A stretch of DNA of 64,000 nt from Chiloscyllium plagiosum. Lineage: Eukaryota. The stretch spans positions 69,960,730-70,024,729 of the forward strand of contig NC_057718.1 of assembly GCF_004010195.1 (NCBI RefSeq), written 5' to 3'. The notes beneath the pieces were generated by a model. That model was not told the origin of the DNA. It did not search any database and worked only from the letters and a program-made list of their open reading frames with translations. How positions within the stretch are numbered: position 1 is the first letter of the stretch; each line of letters opens with the position of its first letter. A program made the translations under genes and the position numbers. Shown here piece after piece: positions 61,440 through 64,000 of the stretch.

Positions 61440-63870
61440 TTATGCTGTTTTCACCTGGCTTTCCCTACAGCAAGTTTTGAGGTGCTCAATGTCTTCTCAC
61501 ATGCTCTTTGGAGGGTCTTGGGCCAGTGATTCCCAGTTGCCATTGGGAATGCCAAACTTCACCAGTGAGGCCTTGGCAGTATCCCTGAAGCATTCCTTCT
61601 GTCCTGCTGGGGCCCACCTGCCATGTTGGGACTGGGAGTAGAGCATCTGCTTGGGGAGCCTTGCGTTGGTCATGCAGAAAATATGCCCAGCCCCTCATAG
61701 CCAATGAAAAGTGGTCAGTGCCTCAATGCTGGAGATGTTGGCCTAGTCGAGGATGCTGGTGTTAGTGTGTCTATCTTCCCAGTGAATTTTCAGGATCTTG
61801 AGCAGGGAGCATTGATGGTACTGCTCCAGTGCCTTAATATATCTGCTGTGGAGAATCCACATCTCAGAGCCATATTGGGGCAGGGGGGACGGTATACCAT
61901 GAGCTTGGTGTCGAATCTGATGATGTTGTCCTCAAAAACCTTTTTCCTCGGATGGCTGAAGGCTGTGCTAGCACATGGGAGGCCATGCTGGATCTCTTCA
62001 TCAATATCTGCTTTGATTGACAGGACACTCCTGAGGTATTGGAAGTGCCAACGTTTTTGAAGGGTCAGTTAGACTCAAAACGTCAGCTCTTTTCTCTCCT
62101 TACAGATGCTGCCAGACCTGCTGAGATTTTCCAGCATTTTTCCTTTGGGTTCTTGAAGGCCTCCTGTGTACCTTGATCTAGGGTTCATTCCACAATGTCA
62201 GGCCAGGTTGATGGAGGATCTTCATCTCGCAAATGTTCAGAGTGAGGCCCATGCTCTCATCTGCCTCTGTAAAAGTGCTGACCATGGTTTGGAGTTCGTC
62301 CTCTGAGTTTGCATACAAGCAAAATGTTATCTGCGTACTACAGCTCGATGACACTGGTTGGGGTGACTTTAGCTTTGGCTTGAAAGCGGCGGAGTTTCCT
62401 GCAGGTTCAATAGGTTAGCTTCACTCCATCAGGCATCCTGTCAGTGGTGAGGTGAAGCACTGCAGAGAGATAGATTAAGAACAATGTTAGGGTGATGACA
62501 CAGCCCTGGTTGATGCCAGTCTGAATAAGGAATGGGTTTGTGGTGGAGCCGTTTGTCATTACCATAACTTCCATGTTGTCGTTGTTTTAAAAAATTCTCA
62601 AGGTCAGGTTCGTAGGAGAGTAGTCTGACACAGAACAAACGACCAAGAGGCGAGTCTGCTAGAATATGAGCATTTTATTCCCCGCAGCGTCGCCACAACC
62701 AGGTCTCATACTTACAACGGGTCTGGCTTATACTCACTCTACATGTTACCGGAACTGGGAGCCGTCAGTTCTCGTAGAGCGGTTGCCAACAACCCACGCT
62801 CGGCGGTTAAACGTAACCCCGGAGCAGACTCACCGAACTGGAGACTTTTCCAGCTGATATACTCTTTTCCAGATATAAACATTCATGTGAACAGCAGAGC
62901 AAGGCTAAAAAACACATTCCATTCTGGTTACATACAGATAAGAAGATTCACACGGGGAGGTGTGTAATAAGATTCACACGGGACTAAGCAACACCTCCAT
63001 TCCGGTTAGATTCACACATGTATTGGGACATAATTTTTAACCGTTTCACCACAGTCGTGGAGCAAGTAAAGGATAATGACAAACCCTGTGGAGCAGCTAA
63101 AGTTGGAGTAAGGCGCTCCATAATGCCTTTTGGTTGATGGTGTCAAAGGCCTTTGTAAGGTCAAAGAAAGCAATGTGCAGAGATAGGTTATTTTCTCTGT
63201 ATCTCTCATACAGCTGTTACATGGTGAAAATCATGCCTATTGTACCCTTCTGTTGCTGGAAGCCACACTGTAATTCTGGGGTGAGATTCCACAGCCACAA
63301 GGAGGAGACAATTGAAGAGGACCTTGGTCTTTTCTAATGGTCAACACCAAGGAGATTCCCATGTAGTTACCACAGGGATTGTTCCTTTTTTTGAAAATGC
63401 TCACGACGGTGGCATATTGGAGCTTTCCCAGGATACTCTCCTCCTTCCCGATAAGGCAGACAAGGGCATGTAGCTGCAGCTGGAGCTTTTTGCCTCTGCT
63501 TCAATCCCTCAGTGGGAATACCCTCTGCTCCGGCAGCCTTGCTGTTCTTGAATTGGCAGATGGCCTTATCTGTTTCATGCAGGACTGGGGTGTTGCTGAG
63601 CTCGTGGTGTGTAGCATGTTGTGGGATGCAGTCAAAGGTGCTCGGATCAGTGATAGAGCCCAGATTGAGGAAGTCTCTGAAGTGGTTTCTTCCCCCCCCC
63701 CCCCCCCCCCCCACCGCCCGCAATGCTTTTTGTTCCCTTCTTTGTTTTTGATAAGAGTCACTAGGTTTGTGGGGAAGAGCTGGTTGTAAGAGACTATCTT
63801 TTCTGAGTCTTTGAGTGCCTTAATGTCAATGAAAGGAGCCGATAACTGCAGGATAAACAATTGCCTGATC
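61440..63870 (-). mobile_element. RTE-clade LINE, decayed, with nested PLE fragment (~62060-62150) and LTR
   Basis: GHIFCMTNARLPKQML...QKECFRDTAKASL..WESLA resembles the RTE C-terminus. YADN near 62330 and KAAGAEGIP near 63530. Confidence 0.8.
62577..63016 (-). mobile_element. Young solo LTR (440 bp) with 5-bp TSD
   Basis: TG...CA termini. CATGT at 62572-62576 and 63017-63021. Minus-strand AATAAA near 62675. CpG-rich. Confidence 0.8.
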
Positions 63871-64000
63871 CAAGCTAGGATCAACATAAATATAATCCTG
63901 TCTCAGCGGAGACAACTGAAATAGTGCCACAAAAAGTGCCACTGAGGCACTCAAAGACCGGAAAAGATAACCTTCAACTGATCCTTGGCCCAATGGAATA

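Noticed and set aside
63692..63712. C21 homopolymer giving polyGly/polyPro ORFs
   Set aside because: It is a simple mononucleotide expansion inside a dead RTE element.

Overview
Eukaryotic, repeat-saturated, apparently intronic or intergenic DNA from a cartilaginous fish (shark). The organism call rests on about 15 HE1-type V-SINEs, their CR1/HER1-type partner LINEs and a SacSINE1/Deu-like relic. No host protein-coding exon could be identified with confidence, and there is no rRNA, tRNA gene or CRISPR array. Nearly all ORFs in the track are decayed transposon ORFs or spurious frames over SINEs and gaps. Contents: many CR1 LINE fragments, two long L1-clade LINEs, one Tx1 fragment, one RTE LINE, a degenerate Gypsy LTR element plus several solo LTRs, a PIF/Harbinger transposase relic, and many Penelope-like (PLE, GIY-YIG) elements and fragments. 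There are three assembly gaps (9945-10202, 25817-26330, 39198-39225). The most interesting signal is an RNA one that the ORF track does not show. At least three sequence families of minimal type-I hammerhead ribozyme motifs (CUGANGA-stem II-GAA-palindromic ACGU/AGCU-H) are scattered in about 20 copies. They sit in PLE ends and in 95-230 bp stand-alone, TSD-flanked and often fold-back inserts. These PLE insertions are associated with unusual junction products: 53-bp and 59-bp tandem reiterations, a 546-bp flanking duplication, and an inverted capture of host flank. All coordinates and alignments were read by eye, and old repeat boundaries are approximate.
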